Positions 31,329 through 44,757 of a stretch of DNA of 64,000 bases are shown here, in pieces. This DNA comes from Monocercomonoides exilis PA203 (lineage: Eukaryota > Protista > Preaxostyla). How positions within the stretch are numbered: position 1 is the first letter of the stretch; the number at the start of each line of letters is the position of its first letter. Location of the stretch: positions 558,001 to 622,000 of the forward strand of contig LSRY02000034.1 of the NCBI GenBank assembly GCA_001643675.2, given 5' to 3'. The notes beneath the pieces were generated by a model. That model had not been told where the DNA came from and did not search any database. It was given only the letters and a program-made list of their open reading frames with translations. Made by a program: the position numbers and the translations under genes.

Positions 31329-31969
31329 GAAAAAACAACAAAACAATACAAAAAAATTAGCTGCCCCAAATAAAACAAATGCTGCCATTAAATACATTCG
31401 AAATCCTCGCAAATAAATCGTTTCGCAATTGCAATCGCCCCTCCACAGCGAAAATATGATTTTTCGAAGCTAATTGTGGTTAATCGATCGATGAATTTGA
31501 AAAAGAAAAGAAAACTGTTCATCGATTTTGTGAATGAGATTTAAAAGCACTGATGATCCATTTCCTCAAACATCTTTTCAGAAGATGGTTAGACTTTAAG
31601 AAAAGAGAGTCTTGTGAGTGGGCAATTGATGGACTTTTTCTTTGAATGTGAAATCATCTTTTTCATCCCCTTTTGAAGCAAAATGAAGCTAGAAGATATA
31701 ATCTTTCTATTGACGTTTCACAGAAATCAGATATTTTCCCGCAATTTTCTTTGATTTTAAATCTCTTTCCGAGTGTTGCAATCTTCTTCATATCAAAAGC
31801 AATAACATTGACAGTCTCTAAAGCGAATGAGAACAAAAAAGCGAACATTAAGCATTAAATGATCGAAAATGCACGGAAACAGAAAAATGAATTGAATAAT
31901 CATGAAATGATTTGTGATGAATGCACTACCACACATTCAGAAACATATAAAACTGTTCAAAATGAAATA

Positions 31970-32950
31970 GGGTCATATTTTTATTAGTACCCCGTTTTTT
32001 ATTAGATCCTAAATTTTTTTTCCTCATATTGCTTCATATAGAAGCTTATACGCAATGAGAATAATTTTAAAACAAATAATATATTATTATAAGGTTGTAT
32101 ACCAAATATTTTTGAATATCATTTCTTTTAAAAAAAGATCTGAATTTTTTAAGTTTTATTTTTTGATCAATGTTTTGCTTGTGTTTCCACGAGTTTTTGA
32201 AACCAAGCATTTTCCTTGTTAGCATTGTTTTTAAACTTTTCTTTTTAACATTTTTGGTTATTTTATAACTATAGAAACTCTTTTTTTTCTATAGTTTTCA
32301 CACCTCACCTTTTTTTTGTAAAACTGAAATTTTGAAGAAATATGTTGTTATTTTTTGAATTAATCATGAGTGCATGGTTTACAAATTAGTGTATCAAATA
32401 ATAAAGGTGATGAAAAATTGAATCAAAAAGTGTTTACATCGGAAAATGAAAAAGTTAATATTTTGTTTTTCTCGTTTTATTTTTCATACACATATAAATA
32501 TCAAAGAAAGCTTAAATATATAATATTACATAAAATAATGCATCATTGAAAAACAAGCAATCTCATTAATAACAATTTCCTTTGTTTATATTTCAGTTTT
32601 ACAAAAAAAAGGTGAGGTGTGAAAACTATAGAAAAAAAAGAGTTTCTATAGTTATAAAATAACCAAAAATGTTAAAAAGAAAAGTTTAAAAACAATGCTA
32701 ACAAGGAAAATGCTTGGTTTCAAAAACTCGTGGAAACACAAGCAAAACATTGATCAAAAAATAAAACTTAAAAAATTCAGATCTTTTTTTAAAAGAAATG
32801 ATATTCAAAAATATTTGGTATACAACCTTATAATAATATATTATTTGTTTTAAAATTATTCTCATTGCGTATAAGCTTCTATATGAAGCAATATGAGGAA
32901 AAAAAATTTAGGATCTAATAAAAAACGGGGTACTAATAAAAATATGACCC
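31970..32950. mobile_element. Foldback MITE with ~361-bp TIRs
   Basis: Arms 31970-32330 and 32590-32950 are reverse complements; TA on both sides; no ORF. Confidence 0.92.
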
Positions 32951-33238
32951 TACACCAAAAAATAAATCAAGAAATATTCTTTGAATAAAAGAACAGGAAT
33001 TGCAAAGGAGCATAAAAATAATAAAAATTAACGGTTCACCCAGAAAAAGCATTTATTAAAAGCGAAAAAAAAAACTCAACAACCAATAAACAATTGAAAT
33101 GCTCTTTGAAAAGCATGGTGAAAATCTCAAATTTCACAAATTTCACAAATTTCAGAGATTTTCGCAAACAAAACAGCAAAAACTTTTCTCTTTGGAACCT
33201 CAAAATGCAGTCAACAAAACTTCAATGCCATCCCCGAT

Positions 33239-35216
33239 TTATAATGCTTCGCAGTCGCTTTCGGGGCAGCAATGACTTTCTTCTCTCCAAAAATAAAAGA
33301 AATCATCTTCCTCATGTTGCACCTTTGCATATTCGTTTGGAGACATTCTGCTCGCATCCAAACATTCAGCAAGAGCCTTCAGACAGCATCCATCATACAG
33401 AGTCAATTCTGGGCTTCCAAGATCTTTTCCAGCATCTGAATGGGGATTCTCTTTGTTCTCTTTTTCGTTTTCAACTTCATCTGCATTTGCCTTTTGCATC
33501 AGCGTGCATTGCACAAACTGGGCAAATCTTTAAGTCGCGCTTTGTTTACATTCCGCTTCTTATCCGTTCCTCATTTTCAACTTTCCTCCTATCTTCAAAT
33601 TCAAAACGAGCTCTATGTCCCCACAAAACATCCATAGCGTCTTCTTCCTCAAGAACTTATGCCAGCATTGCACTCTATCTTCCACGCAGCGGCTGTGGAA
33701 GGCATCCATATCGCTTGAGATCGTATCTGTAAATCCTTTGAAGATGGGAAACAATATGGGCATTCGAGACAATGTTGCCCATGCATTCAAAAGCGCCTTT
33801 GCTGCCTCGTCTCCCAGCGTGTCGCTTGCTGCTTCGCACAGCAGAAATGCTATTTGGCTCAACAAATCTCTTTCGATGAACTTCAGGATACCCTGCAAAA
33901 TAGGGATAGACGGCCACCTTCCAAAAGCCTTCACAGCTATCTCACAGCAATCCATCATCATTTCTTGCTTGCTCTCCTCTTCGCAAAACAATCCATCGGC
34001 CATCTGCTGGAAATTCGCTCCATCAGCAGAATACATATTTGCTCTTTCATCATTATCGTTATCATCAGAAAATTTGCTCCCTCCAAAAATTGCCTTCCAG
34101 CTCTCTTCACTCCAACTGCCAAACAAATAACTCTTCACTTTTTCCACAATTCTTTCTTCGCTCATCAACAATTGCATAAGCGCACGGTGCTGTTCTCTGG
34201 CAATGATGCACAATCACTGAAACGCACAAGGGGCAGTGGAGCAGACTGGCCCCTTCGAATACACTGATGGAACCCAACCAGAAGAACAGTTGCTGTGAGT
34301 TGACTGGGATTGCAGCAGAATGTCTGGCGGATTTGGAGCAGGAGCAAATAATTCTATCGCAAGCAGACTATTTGTGCTTGCATCCTCGTCACGGTCAAGA
34401 ACAATGTCGGAATCGAAATGCTCACTTGCCATATTTAATGCATCCAATACAACAGAATGAATGGTGTTGGACAGCTACCCATGAAGCCACTTTCCAATGA
34501 TGTATGGATCCTCGCTTCCAAAGCATGGAGTCATTCCTATTTTTTGGGAAAAAAAAAGAGAGAGCCAAATAATTGCAACAAAAAACATGTGTCAATTAGA
34601 ATAAATGTACCACTGCTCATCGTGAATGAACGAAAAACTGCTGTTGTGAATAAACATATGTCTTCATCGTCACATTCACAAAAATGCACCAGTTCATCTT
34701 CGATTGTGTCCACCCTGTCATCCTTGGAAATACATGGAATGGATTTTACAAGGTACATGGCCTGCTTTGTGAAATTGCCAGCTTCCGCAGACATTTCACC
34801 CAATATGACATTTCTTTCAAAACACACAATTCGGCCATGTATCCAAGTGTTCGAGCCACCAAGAGCTCAACATGCTTTTGCAATCCTCCATAAATCCTCT
34901 TTTGTTTTTCTATCAAGTATATGTCTTCACAGAGGCGCTGCACATCCATCTTTCGCATCAACAACTTTCAGAAAATGATAAAGCCTTCCAATTGGCTGCT
35001 CCAACATTTCCCCTTCTTTCTCCAGAACGTCTTGTTGAAACTGCGAAATAAAGCCAGACAGCCGATTTGAATTATTAACAGGGCTGAAAACCATCTAAAG
35101 CAGTTTATTAAAAGCTGCAATTTTTCTGTCATATCATGCCTGCTGTAATCTTTACAGTTTATATCATCTGTTTTGAATTTATTTGTTGCGCCTGATTTCA
35201 GCATTGAATTATTCAA
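33239..35216 (-). CDS. Multi-exon hypothetical protein, possibly disrupted
   Basis: Chain of minus-strand ORFs (35216-34968, 34827-34537, 34447-34214, 34213-33560, 33514-33239) with protein-like composition; not all junctions resolve as introns. Confidence 0.5.
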
Positions 35217-35544
35217 ATCTTCTTTTCAAATGATGAGTAAAATGAGTTTTCGATAATGAAATATTTTTTAATGGGAACGTGAAAAGACTGAAAAATGAGT
35301 TTTTTTTTTCAAAAAGCTTTTTTGAAATTGGAAACTTAAGTGAAACCAACAATAAGCAAAGTTTGGAAATTTTGACATGAATTATAATCCTATCAACAAT
35401 TAATCATAAGATTTTATTTTTATAAACAGTTAATTTTCAATTTTCCCAGAAATGTGATTTTCTTATGATTGAAAATTATAATCAAAAAGTTATTCGAAAT
35501 ATTCATCAATTTAACAATATTCATTTTGAATTTAATGGGGAGTC

Positions 35545-35905
35545 ACAGTTTGTGCAGAAAACACCGGACAAGATCGATATCTCAATAACTGCAAAAGGAG
35601 TAATTCTGACAATTTTCCTCAAAATATATCTCATCAATACAAACTCAATTGATAAACGAAACTTTCAAAATAGCTTCATTTGTGCTCAGAGAAAAAATAT
35701 ATCGAAAAATCGGAGAAACTCAAAATCCTATTTCTCCGAGATAATAATAATTATTATATTCTGAGCATTAACGATGAAGTCTTGAAAGTTTTGTATGTCA
35801 CGTGAGTTTGTATTGATGAAATATATTTTGGGGAAAATTGTCAGAATTTTTCTTCTTGTTATGATTGAGAAATCGATCGTGTCAGGTGTTTTTTGTAAAA
35901 ACTGT
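35545..35905. mobile_element. Degenerate palindromic MITE
   Basis: Imperfect inverted arms around a central hairpin at 35710-35740. Confidence 0.7.
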
Positions 35906-36794
35906 AATTGTTTCATTTTTTGATTGATAACAGTTATCGCTTTTGATATGAAAAAGAAATCAATAAGTTTAATAAACTGAACAAAACTTTTTTTTCAACA
36001 GAGAACAACTTTGAGAACATGAAAGGAACAAGAACATAAAACAGAAATACATGTTGACTTTTCTTTTTATATTAAAGATCTATCTGAAATTACACAAAAA
36101 AAAATTATTTTTAACGCTGTCTTCTTTTCCTGGACACTTTCACATCACAAGGAGATCCTATGTTTAATCGGAGTTAAAGATCAAAGATATTTGCATCATG
36201 ATTAAAGTTAAACATTGTTCAAAGTTCACAACTATTAATTAGAAGATTATTTGCTGTGTCGAAATTGTAACATTCCAATAATTACTGCTCTCCATTCTAA
36301 GCATCTTCTTTTTCAAAAAGTGTGGATTCACAGAAATATTGTGACTTTCTCTTCACACAGGCTTAATTTCTTTGGAGATCAAAAAAGCAGTTATAAATAA
36401 CAGAATTCTCAGAAATGCTTTTTCCTATTTGCTTTTAAAGCTTCTCAATCTTCTCAATACTCCATTCATTCCCACTCATAATGGTTTGCATTTCTTCTTT
36501 AAACTAATGATAAAGAAACTCTTTTTGATGAATTGGATGAATACAAAGATAAATGTGAATTTGATTTTTATTTTTTGTCAAAAAAAAAAAGAAAAACGAA
36601 GACGAAAATTTTTTTTTTTAAAAAAAAGCTCAAAAGTCATTTTAGACAAAATTTATAGATGATGATATTACTACTGATTAAAAAAACCTGTTTTGAACTA
36701 GGAAAAGGTTTTTGATATGAAAAACGAATTTTTGATTTGAGTTATGAATTTACAAATAATCACATTATTGTATATTTTCTGATGAAATAACAAA

Positions 36795-37203
36795 TATAGT
36801 TTGTGTTAATAATGGTGGACATTTACAATAACTGTGGACAGTCGCATTATCTCGACAACCATTGAAAGTTGTATTTGGATAATTAACCCAATTATTCCCC
36901 CAATGAATACTAACTAATAAGTCATTCAAAAATGAAACAACTTGCTACCAAGAATAAAGAAAGACATATTTTCTATTTTCGGAAAAACTCGGAGAAATAA
37001 GATTCTTCGAGTTTCTCCGAAAAGAAAAAATTGTTTATATATAATTTCATTATATTGGTTTTGTGATAAAACTATTCACAATAGTTCATATTCATTGAGG
37101 GAATAGTTAAGTTTATTATTTATAAGCAACTGTCAATGGTTGTTGAGATAATGCAACTGTCCACAGTTATTGAAAATGTCCACATTTATTAACACAAACT
37201 ATA
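36795..37203. mobile_element. Degenerate palindromic MITE
   Basis: tatagtttgtgttaataa...ttattaacacaaactata ends, imperfect arms, central hairpin 36988-37020. Confidence 0.8.
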
Positions 37204-37822
37204 CATCAAAAAAAAAAAAATACTTTTAAAGACAAAAAAAAATTCATAGCATGTGTGATTATTTTTTAGAATCCGTATTTTCTCCATCGAAATTTTTAAT
37301 TTTTGAATTTGCTTTGAATGTTAATCAATTTACTCTGTGAAGTTAAATCCATTTTGAAAAAAAATACTTCATGAAAGATTTCTCGAACAATTATTATCTC
37401 GAACAATTATTATTTATTTTTCTTTTGAATGAATAATCTATTTCAAAAAAAATAAAGCCATTGAAGAATCAAATCTCCGTTAAAAGTTATGAATGAAAGA
37501 CTAATCACCCACATGAAACTGAAAAAATAAGAAAAAAAGGCTATATTTAATAAAATTATCCAAACAAACAATATTGTTTTCGAAATTTTAATAGTTTCAA
37601 ACCTCCAAAATTTCAAACTGCTATTTCATGAAACCATGTGAAAACAGATTTTAAAAAAAGTTCTTTCCATTATTTGAAAAAAAATTTGTATTTTTTGTGA
37701 TTCTTGAACGAAAATAATAAATATGATATAACTTTTTTTTCGAAAAATAATTTTTCACAACAAAAACTTTCTTTTTGAAAGTGATATAAAAATTTTTTTG
37801 TTTGGAAAAGATTAAAATTTTG

Positions 37823-38167
37823 GGTACAATCCCAATAGGTGGACATAACCCTAAATAGTTATTTTTCAGGTTATATTTTTCTTAATAAAAACCATAAAAA
37901 CCTAAATAAACGTAATGAAACAGTTTAATGCAAACATGAACAAATATTCTTGTTTTTCAGTTGCACTTTTATCAATTCAAACACTTAGATATTTTCATTG
38001 AAAAGATCACTAAATTGAAAATTATCAAAAAATACTTAACAAAGTGAATATTAGAGCTATTTGCAATATGAAAAGCAGTTTGTGAACAAATGTTTAATTT
38101 ATAATTAACATGATTTTCACAGAAATAATATTTATTAAGGGTAATGTCCACCTATTGGGAAAGATCC
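37823..38167. mobile_element. Merlin-type MITE
   Basis: GG...CC ends, TIR core tcccaataggtggacat.accct, 8-bp TSD aaattttg at 37815-22 and 38168-75. Confidence 0.8.
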
Positions 38168-38581
38168 AAATTTTGTTCATTATCTTTGTATTTCAAACTC
38201 AATAATTAATAATTTGAAAATAATTTTTAGATTTAAAGATGTTTTTTCGGTGAATATTGCAACCGCATTAATATTTACATCCAAATTAATCAACTCATTT
38301 TTCGAATGAATATTGTTTCCCTAACAATTTAATAATTTTCGGAAAACTGACCTTTCCTGTCTTTCATTTTGCGACGAAGAATTTGTTGCTGTTATTATTA
38401 TGATATATTTCTTTTGCTTCAACAACAGTTGTGAATTATTTTTGCAGATGTTGAAGAAATATTATTCTTCAAGGTTACCATAAATTCAATAGTTTCAACA
38501 AGCCATAGTTTGTGGAAATCTGTTGTTCATTTTTTGGGTGTGTTGATCTGTTGGAAAACTGAAAAAAGAACATTATCTGGA

Positions 38582-41008
38582 ATGTTGAGCAATCTGATTT
38601 ATCTCTTGACAGTTGTTTTCATTCACTCTGAGTATTTATTGACATCGACTTCTGCAGTTGCCTATGTGAAAGAGAGCGGGAAAGACAGCAACAGCGGATT
38701 GAAGATCGGGGAGGAAAAACAATTGTTGAACAGTGCCTATGGTCTGCTTGGAGAGGAAGGTGAATGCTTATTAAGAGTTGTTGATGATTCAACTCCACAA
38801 ACTGCAGAAAAAATGTACATAGGCAAGAGCCAAGGAATCACAATCGAAGGATGGAAAACTGATGGAAGTGGCAATACAGAGGTCTCAATCAATTGCGACG
38901 TTCATCCGGGAAAAGTTCTTTTTCACTGTTTTCAAAAAGTTGAATTCCGGTATTTGGCTTTTCATTTTCCTGAAACATTGTTTAATGAAAACAACCAAAC
39001 GTCAGGAACTGATGCACTTATTTACAGTGATAGTGGGTCTCTGACAATCTGCAACTGCAAATTTGTACGGCCAGTAACTGAGAAATGCGAAATTGATTTT
39101 CATCTCGTTTTCGCAGGCGGTTCAAGTTTCACGATGGACACAGTGGAATGCGCTGATGATGCAAAAGTTGCAAATTTCTCAAATTCTCTATTCAATATCT
39201 CAAATAGCGGAACAGTTTCATTATCAAATATTAAAATGAAAAAGATTTATACATACTATGGGTCTGTTGTAAAAATCAATGGAGGAGATTACAGTCCTGT
39301 TAACGTGATTGTTAATAGATGCACTTTTCAGGAATGTGAAGGACATGAATGTGGTGCTTTATTTGTTAAATGCTATTCATCAGAAAGCACTTTCTCAATT
39401 GGCGATGAAGGCGTCACCACATTCACATCGTGCAGCAGCTTCATTGCTGGTGCAGGAGGGATTTATTTGGAGATGGCGATTAAAAATTTGGAAGAACAAC
39501 TGAAATGGCCAAAAGACGGGAAAAATCTAATATTTGATGGTTGCACATCCAATTATTACGGTCGAAAGTATAATGCTGGATTATTCTTGCATTTGCATAG
39601 CGATTCTTTGAAAGAAGACGTTGCAGCTGAAATGAAAAAAAGTTTTGCAGTCAACTACACAAGAGAGAATAATCTTTGGTATGTTGTTGGATACGATTCA
39701 GAAAGCAACAGAGAATTCGATTACACAGTTAATTACTTTGACCCATATCCTCCGAAGCCAGAAAATTTGACACAGGTCTTTGTGAAGAAAGGCGGGAGAG
39801 GAAATGGGATCAGTGTCGATTCTGCAATAGACAGTTTGAAATATGCTTATGAATTTTTGGATAAAAGCGGAAAGTGTTCAATTGAAATTATCAAGACGGA
39901 AGAACCATTAATCGCTGATATTATGAATTTCAATGTTAGCAATGGAATAACCATTGAAGGAGCAAACGATGATGTGAATGGAAGAACATATGCGGATCTG
40001 GAGTGCGAAGCACATGAACATGATTCAATATTTTATTGCACGAATGTTGTTGAATTTGACCATTTGTCATTCCGATTTATGGCAGATATTATTCAAAAGA
40101 ATGAGACATATCTCTATGGGAGTGTTTTGATTTATGGAAGTCCAACGTCAACTTCACTTTCAATAAGTTACTGCAAATTTGCTCGACCTTTAATTGGAGA
40201 TAATTATGTTTGCATGACCCTCATCAACATGCAGGGAGAAATTTTGAAAATTAATAATATGGAGTTAGCAGATGATGCGAATTCCATTTCTTTTGCAGCA
40301 AGTCCGTTTCAATTGTCTTCAAAAAGTTATATGTCATTGAATGGTATGGAGATCAACAAAATTAACGTTCGATATAGAGCTGTGATTTCCATTAGTGATA
40401 TGAGTAATTCGTCTTCAACAATTAGCATTGAAGGACTGAGCATGGATGGAGTAAATTCAGAGAATGGAGTGACAGCTGGTTTGAGTATTTCTTTAACGAA
40501 TGAGGAATCAACTGTGTCAATTGGAAGAGAAAGCAAGTGCACATTCAAATCATGCTCTGCACCTGAAGGGAAATCTGGAGCGATGCTCATAGATATGCCC
40601 AAAACAACATCGAATCTTCAGCTTCCAGCAGCAAACAATTTGGACATAGACAGTTCAAATACAGCTGGTTCAAAACCAACTTCTCTGTTCATATTAGCAC
40701 CAGACATTGAGGAATTCTGCAAACAAGAAGATGCGTTTGAGTTTGCAAACGATTATGGTGAATCAGCAGCTGGATGGATTGTTGGAGCAAAAGACTATGA
40801 ATCTGAGCCTGTGGATGTGTTTGACATTCGTGAAGGAACAAAACAAAATGAAAAAAAGACAAAAGCTGGGACAATTGTTGCAATTGTTGTTCCGATAGTG
40901 GTCGTTGTAATTGTAGCTGTCGTTGTTGTTATTGTTATTGTTGTTGTGAAGAAGAAGAAATCAAAAAACAGCAAAGGTGAAAGCAACGAACAAGAAATGA
41001 GCAGTTAA
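38582..41008 (+). CDS. Type I membrane surface protein with two tandem Cys-containing, beta-helix-like modules
   Basis: Intronless ORF; N-terminal hydrophobic leader, duplicated YVK..AY..GITIEG..VEF modules, Val/Ile TM helix followed by KKKK. Confidence 0.85.
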   Translation: MLSNLIYLLTVVFIHSEYLLTSTSAVAYVKESGKDSNSGLKIGEEKQLLNSAYGLLGEEGECLLRVVDDSTPQTAEKMYIGKSQGITIEGWKTDGSGNTEVSINCDVHPGKVLFHCFQKVEFRYLAFHFPETLFNENNQTSGTDALIYSDSGSLTICNCKFVRPVTEKCEIDFHLVFAGGSSFTMDTVECADDAKVANFSNSLFNISNSGTVSLSNIKMKKIYTYYGSVVKINGGDYSPVNVIVNRCTFQECEGHECGALFVKCYSSESTFSIGDEGVTTFTSCSSFIAGAGGIYLEMAIKNLEEQLKWPKDGKNLIFDGCTSNYYGRKYNAGLFLHLHSDSLKEDVAAEMKKSFAVNYTRENNLWYVVGYDSESNREFDYTVNYFDPYPPKPENLTQVFVKKGGRGNGISVDSAIDSLKYAYEFLDKSGKCSIEIIKTEEPLIADIMNFNVSNGITIEGANDDVNGRTYADLECEAHEHDSIFYCTNVVEFDHLSFRFMADIIQKNETYLYGSVLIYGSPTSTSLSISYCKFARPLIGDNYVCMTLINMQGEILKINNMELADDANSISFAASPFQLSSKSYMSLNGMEINKINVRYRAVISISDMSNSSSTISIEGLSMDGVNSENGVTAGLSISLTNEESTVSIGRESKCTFKSCSAPEGKSGAMLIDMPKTTSNLQLPAANNLDIDSSNTAGSKPTSLFILAPDIEEFCKQEDAFEFANDYGESAAGWIVGAKDYESEPVDVFDIREGTKQNEKKTKAGTIVAIVVPIVVVVIVAVVVVIVIVVVKKKKSKNSKGESNEQEMSS

Positions 41009-42609
41009 GGGTCTAACAAACATTAACATCCAAAATTTTGGGTGAATTCGGAATAATATCCTTCTATTTTGTTTATGTAATTCCATGTATATTCATCTCT
41101 TGAATTTTCGATATTTTTCACTTTTTTTTTCAATTGTGACTGTGTTTTGTTTTTTTGCATTGTCAACATCAAATCTTTTTTTCTCAAGGATTTTTTCATT
41201 TAATGATTCGAAGCAGATATTAAACTTTTGTTTTCGACTGTGAAAAATGAAAGAATCAATTCATTTAAATTGAAACATACATATCACAATGATAATATGA
41301 ATAAATAATATTATAGCCAACATGAGATTATGAAAGTTACAGGAAGAATAAATCTTTTTTGTTCAACGTGACATTTCTTTTCTGTAAGAAACAAAATTTG
41401 AATAAATATGTTTGTTATGTGAAAGTTTCAAAATTTTGGTCTTTTTCCCTTCATAATGGATGACTATTTTTTATTTTCCAAATATAATCTTAACTCTGTT
41501 TCTTTAGAAAAAAAGACAAGATAAAGGATGAAGAAAATGAATCATTGGTTCGTGTTAAAAAAAAATAATGAAATATGTGTTTTTTGATAATAATAAAGTG
41601 TCAAGATTCCTTAAAGATTCAAATAAAAAGCAATGAACTGTTTGATTGAATGGTGTTATTATTTTATTTGACTTTTTTGTTAAAACAAGACAACTTTAAC
41701 ATGGCAAAAATTGTTTGATGCATCAAACACAAAAGAAAAAAAGAAAAAATTATGGAATGTTTTGAGTATTATTTGATTAAACACATCTTTTGAAGATTTT
41801 TTTTGAAAGCATTTCCGACTTTCACATCAACACAGATGAATGAAACAAGGAGAATATGGCAAAAGATTAAAAAAACTTCATGGAGAAGACAACGAAACCA
41901 ACCCAACAGAAAAGAGGAACAAATCACTTTCACAGAAATGAATTAGACACTTTCTTTTCATTGAGTGTTTTTTTGGAGATTTATCATCATATTCAAATGG
42001 AACAACTGTTTGATTCGCAATTCAATTTTTCGGACATTTGAAGCAGAAAGCAGATATTGAATATCAGATTGCATTTGAATCTTCATGATCTTCTTCTTCT
42101 TCTTCTTTCACAATTCAATCAACACTCCCACTCACTGATATATCCTTCAACATTTCATCCTTCTGTCAACGTTGCTGCTGATTTCTTATTCATTGTTCAT
42201 CTCTCTTGAAGCTCATCTCTTTCGATCAAAATCATCATTGTTCATATTCTTCATCACGATTTTCCAAATACACATTTTGTTACAAATTCTTTGCTGCAAA
42301 CAATCAACAAACAAGAAACACTTCACATCGAACATTTTTTCACTCTTCTTGTTCTTTTGCCATCATCAACATCATCAAAGAAAGCAAGAAAATTTCATTT
42401 GAAATTTCTTCATCTTCTTCATCTTCTTACTCTGCTTTTGCTATATCTGTCGTGATAACGTCATTTTAATAATTATTGTTGTTTTAATAATAATTATGAT
42501 TATGTTCTTCTTCTTCTTCTTCTTCTTCTCTTATCGGCTTGATTGAATTTGTTGAGATTGGAGGAGAACTGGATAAAGAAGCTCAAAAAAACAAAAAAAA
42601 CTTAAAAAC

Positions 42610-42611
<2 letters not shown>

Positions 42612-42640
<29 letters not shown>
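42612..42640 (+). repeat. (AAAT)n microsatellite
   Basis: Direct reading. Confidence 0.85.
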
Positions 42641-43846
42641 AAATGAGCGGAAATTTTGCTTCTGGATGAAAAATGAAAGAGCTTGGAAGAGCAATGAAGA
42701 TAAGATGATTTTTTGAGAAGTCTTCACAAAATGAAGGTGAAATGGGGGAATGCAAGAAAGAAATAAATGAGAGAGGCAGTTACGAACAATTTCTTAAAAG
42801 AAAGAAAGAAGTGAATGGACAAAAAGAGTGGAATTGAATTTGAAAAAGGTTGAAGATGAAAGAATAGATGCAATGCAACAACATCATTCTTTTGATGAAA
42901 TAACTTCATATCTTCTGTGTGTGTCTCTATTCATCTTGAAAGTCATGCATGATGAACCAAACAGGCAGATGTTTCAAACGGAACAAAAATCTAATAGTTG
43001 TGCCGTTTGATGGTGTGAAGAGAAAGAGAGAAAGAGATTTGACGAAGAACTAATGCTGAAAATTGGATTGAATTTGGAGGTTGAGTGAATTCTCACAAAT
43101 AAATGAGCTTAATCTTCTAAAGGGATCATTGGGTACAAATAAAATTTGGAATAAAAAATCTGCAGTCTTTTTGAATGATGAAGATAATAAACAGACGTAA
43201 AAATATATTGACAATAAACTGGAAATGCAAAAAACGCTATTTGATTGATAATTGCGGAGGGATAGTTAATAAAACCTTTGATATTTTTTGTCATTCGAAA
43301 TGGATGAAATGACTGTGAAAACGATAAACAAAAGAACTGTTTTCAACATCAAAAATAGCTTATTGAGAAAAATCTGTGAAATTGAAGTTATTCGAGGTAT
43401 TCCAATGAAATAATGAAGAGAAATGAGACAAATAATCAAAAGAGATATGATGAAAAAGAAAATGGTTCATTTTGAAAATGAAGATAATTCTTTCGAAAAA
43501 ATACATTTTGAAAAGAAAAATAGCAGAAAACGTTCAAAAAAGCTAAAAAAAAAAAGTTAAATTTTCATCAGATGAAGCAAAATGAGATGAAGAAATGAAG
43601 AAGAAGTATTTTGATCTGAGTCGTCGTGAAGGATATATGAAAAATAAGCAATGATATATTATTCAGTTGAAAAGAAAATAAAAACATTTAAATTTTTCTG
43701 TGATATGGAATATGAAAGAGTTTTTGTGAGAACCCGAATAAATACATCTTTTCAAGTGATATTTATATTTGGTGCACGGAATATGAGAATCTTTGTTGGA
43801 GTGAAAATTGAGACGAGAAGAGAGAGTGAGGTGTCTTGGTCATCTG

Positions 43847-44757
43847 TCATTCGATAAAGAGCGAATTCAATTGTTTTGCATGAACAGAATAGGTGATTTG
43901 GTGGAGATAGGTGTTTATCCCATTATTTGATTCGATTTTGTTCTGGGCGATGAGGGGGAGCCAGCCATTGTACACGTCATTATCAGCTGTGTTGTTGTTC
44001 CATACTCTTTTTGTTGGGGTTGTTGATCCACAGTTCTCGAATGGGGATTGTGTGATGATGCTTCCGTAAAAGAACACATCATTCCCTCTGCCACTTGTTG
44101 CTGTGTTACCGTTGAAGAAGCATAAAGGATGAATTTTACTCCATTCATCCAAGAGTTAGTTCCATCAAAGTATATTCCTGCTCCGCCATAAGTGGATGAT
44201 GAAGTTAATTTGTTGTTTATGAACTGACAATCATCAATTGAAAATTGTTTAGGCTTCGTTCCTGGAGGGAAAAGAAATGTGAGAGGACCAGTTGAATCGT
44301 TTCCAGAATTTGAAACACATTTGTTGTTTGAAAAAAGGAATTGACAGATACAGTCAAGTCGTTTGACAAGAAATACCAATCAGTTCCACACCAATTTGCG
44401 ATTGAGCAATTTTCCACTCTGTTTTCAGAAAATGTCCAAGCAGAAATTGATTGCGGCCAAGCTATGCAAGTTGCTCCTCCATGGGCAGCTGAACAACTCG
44501 TGAAATTGGATTTTGCGATGTCGATTTTCAGCAAGAAATCGCAACGCAACGCACCACCATGATTTGTATTTGAACAATAATTAAAAGAGCAAGAAGTGAT
44601 TGTGAGATTTTCATTTGTGCAGTTAACATTAAGAGCTCCGCCATAACTTAAGGCACTATTTGAATCATTCCATTCGCACCACTCAAAGCGATGGCTGTTC
44701 ACATCAAATGAAGTCAATCATCCAGGTGATTTTCTGTGAGTTTCATTTCCTGCATAG
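43847..44757 (-). pseudogene. Frameshifted fragment of a beta-helix (GGA-repeat) surface protein, cut by the palindrome
   Basis: YGGAL, HGGAL, YGGAG, GRGNDVFF motifs over three overlapping frames; ends at the element terminus. Confidence 0.75.
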
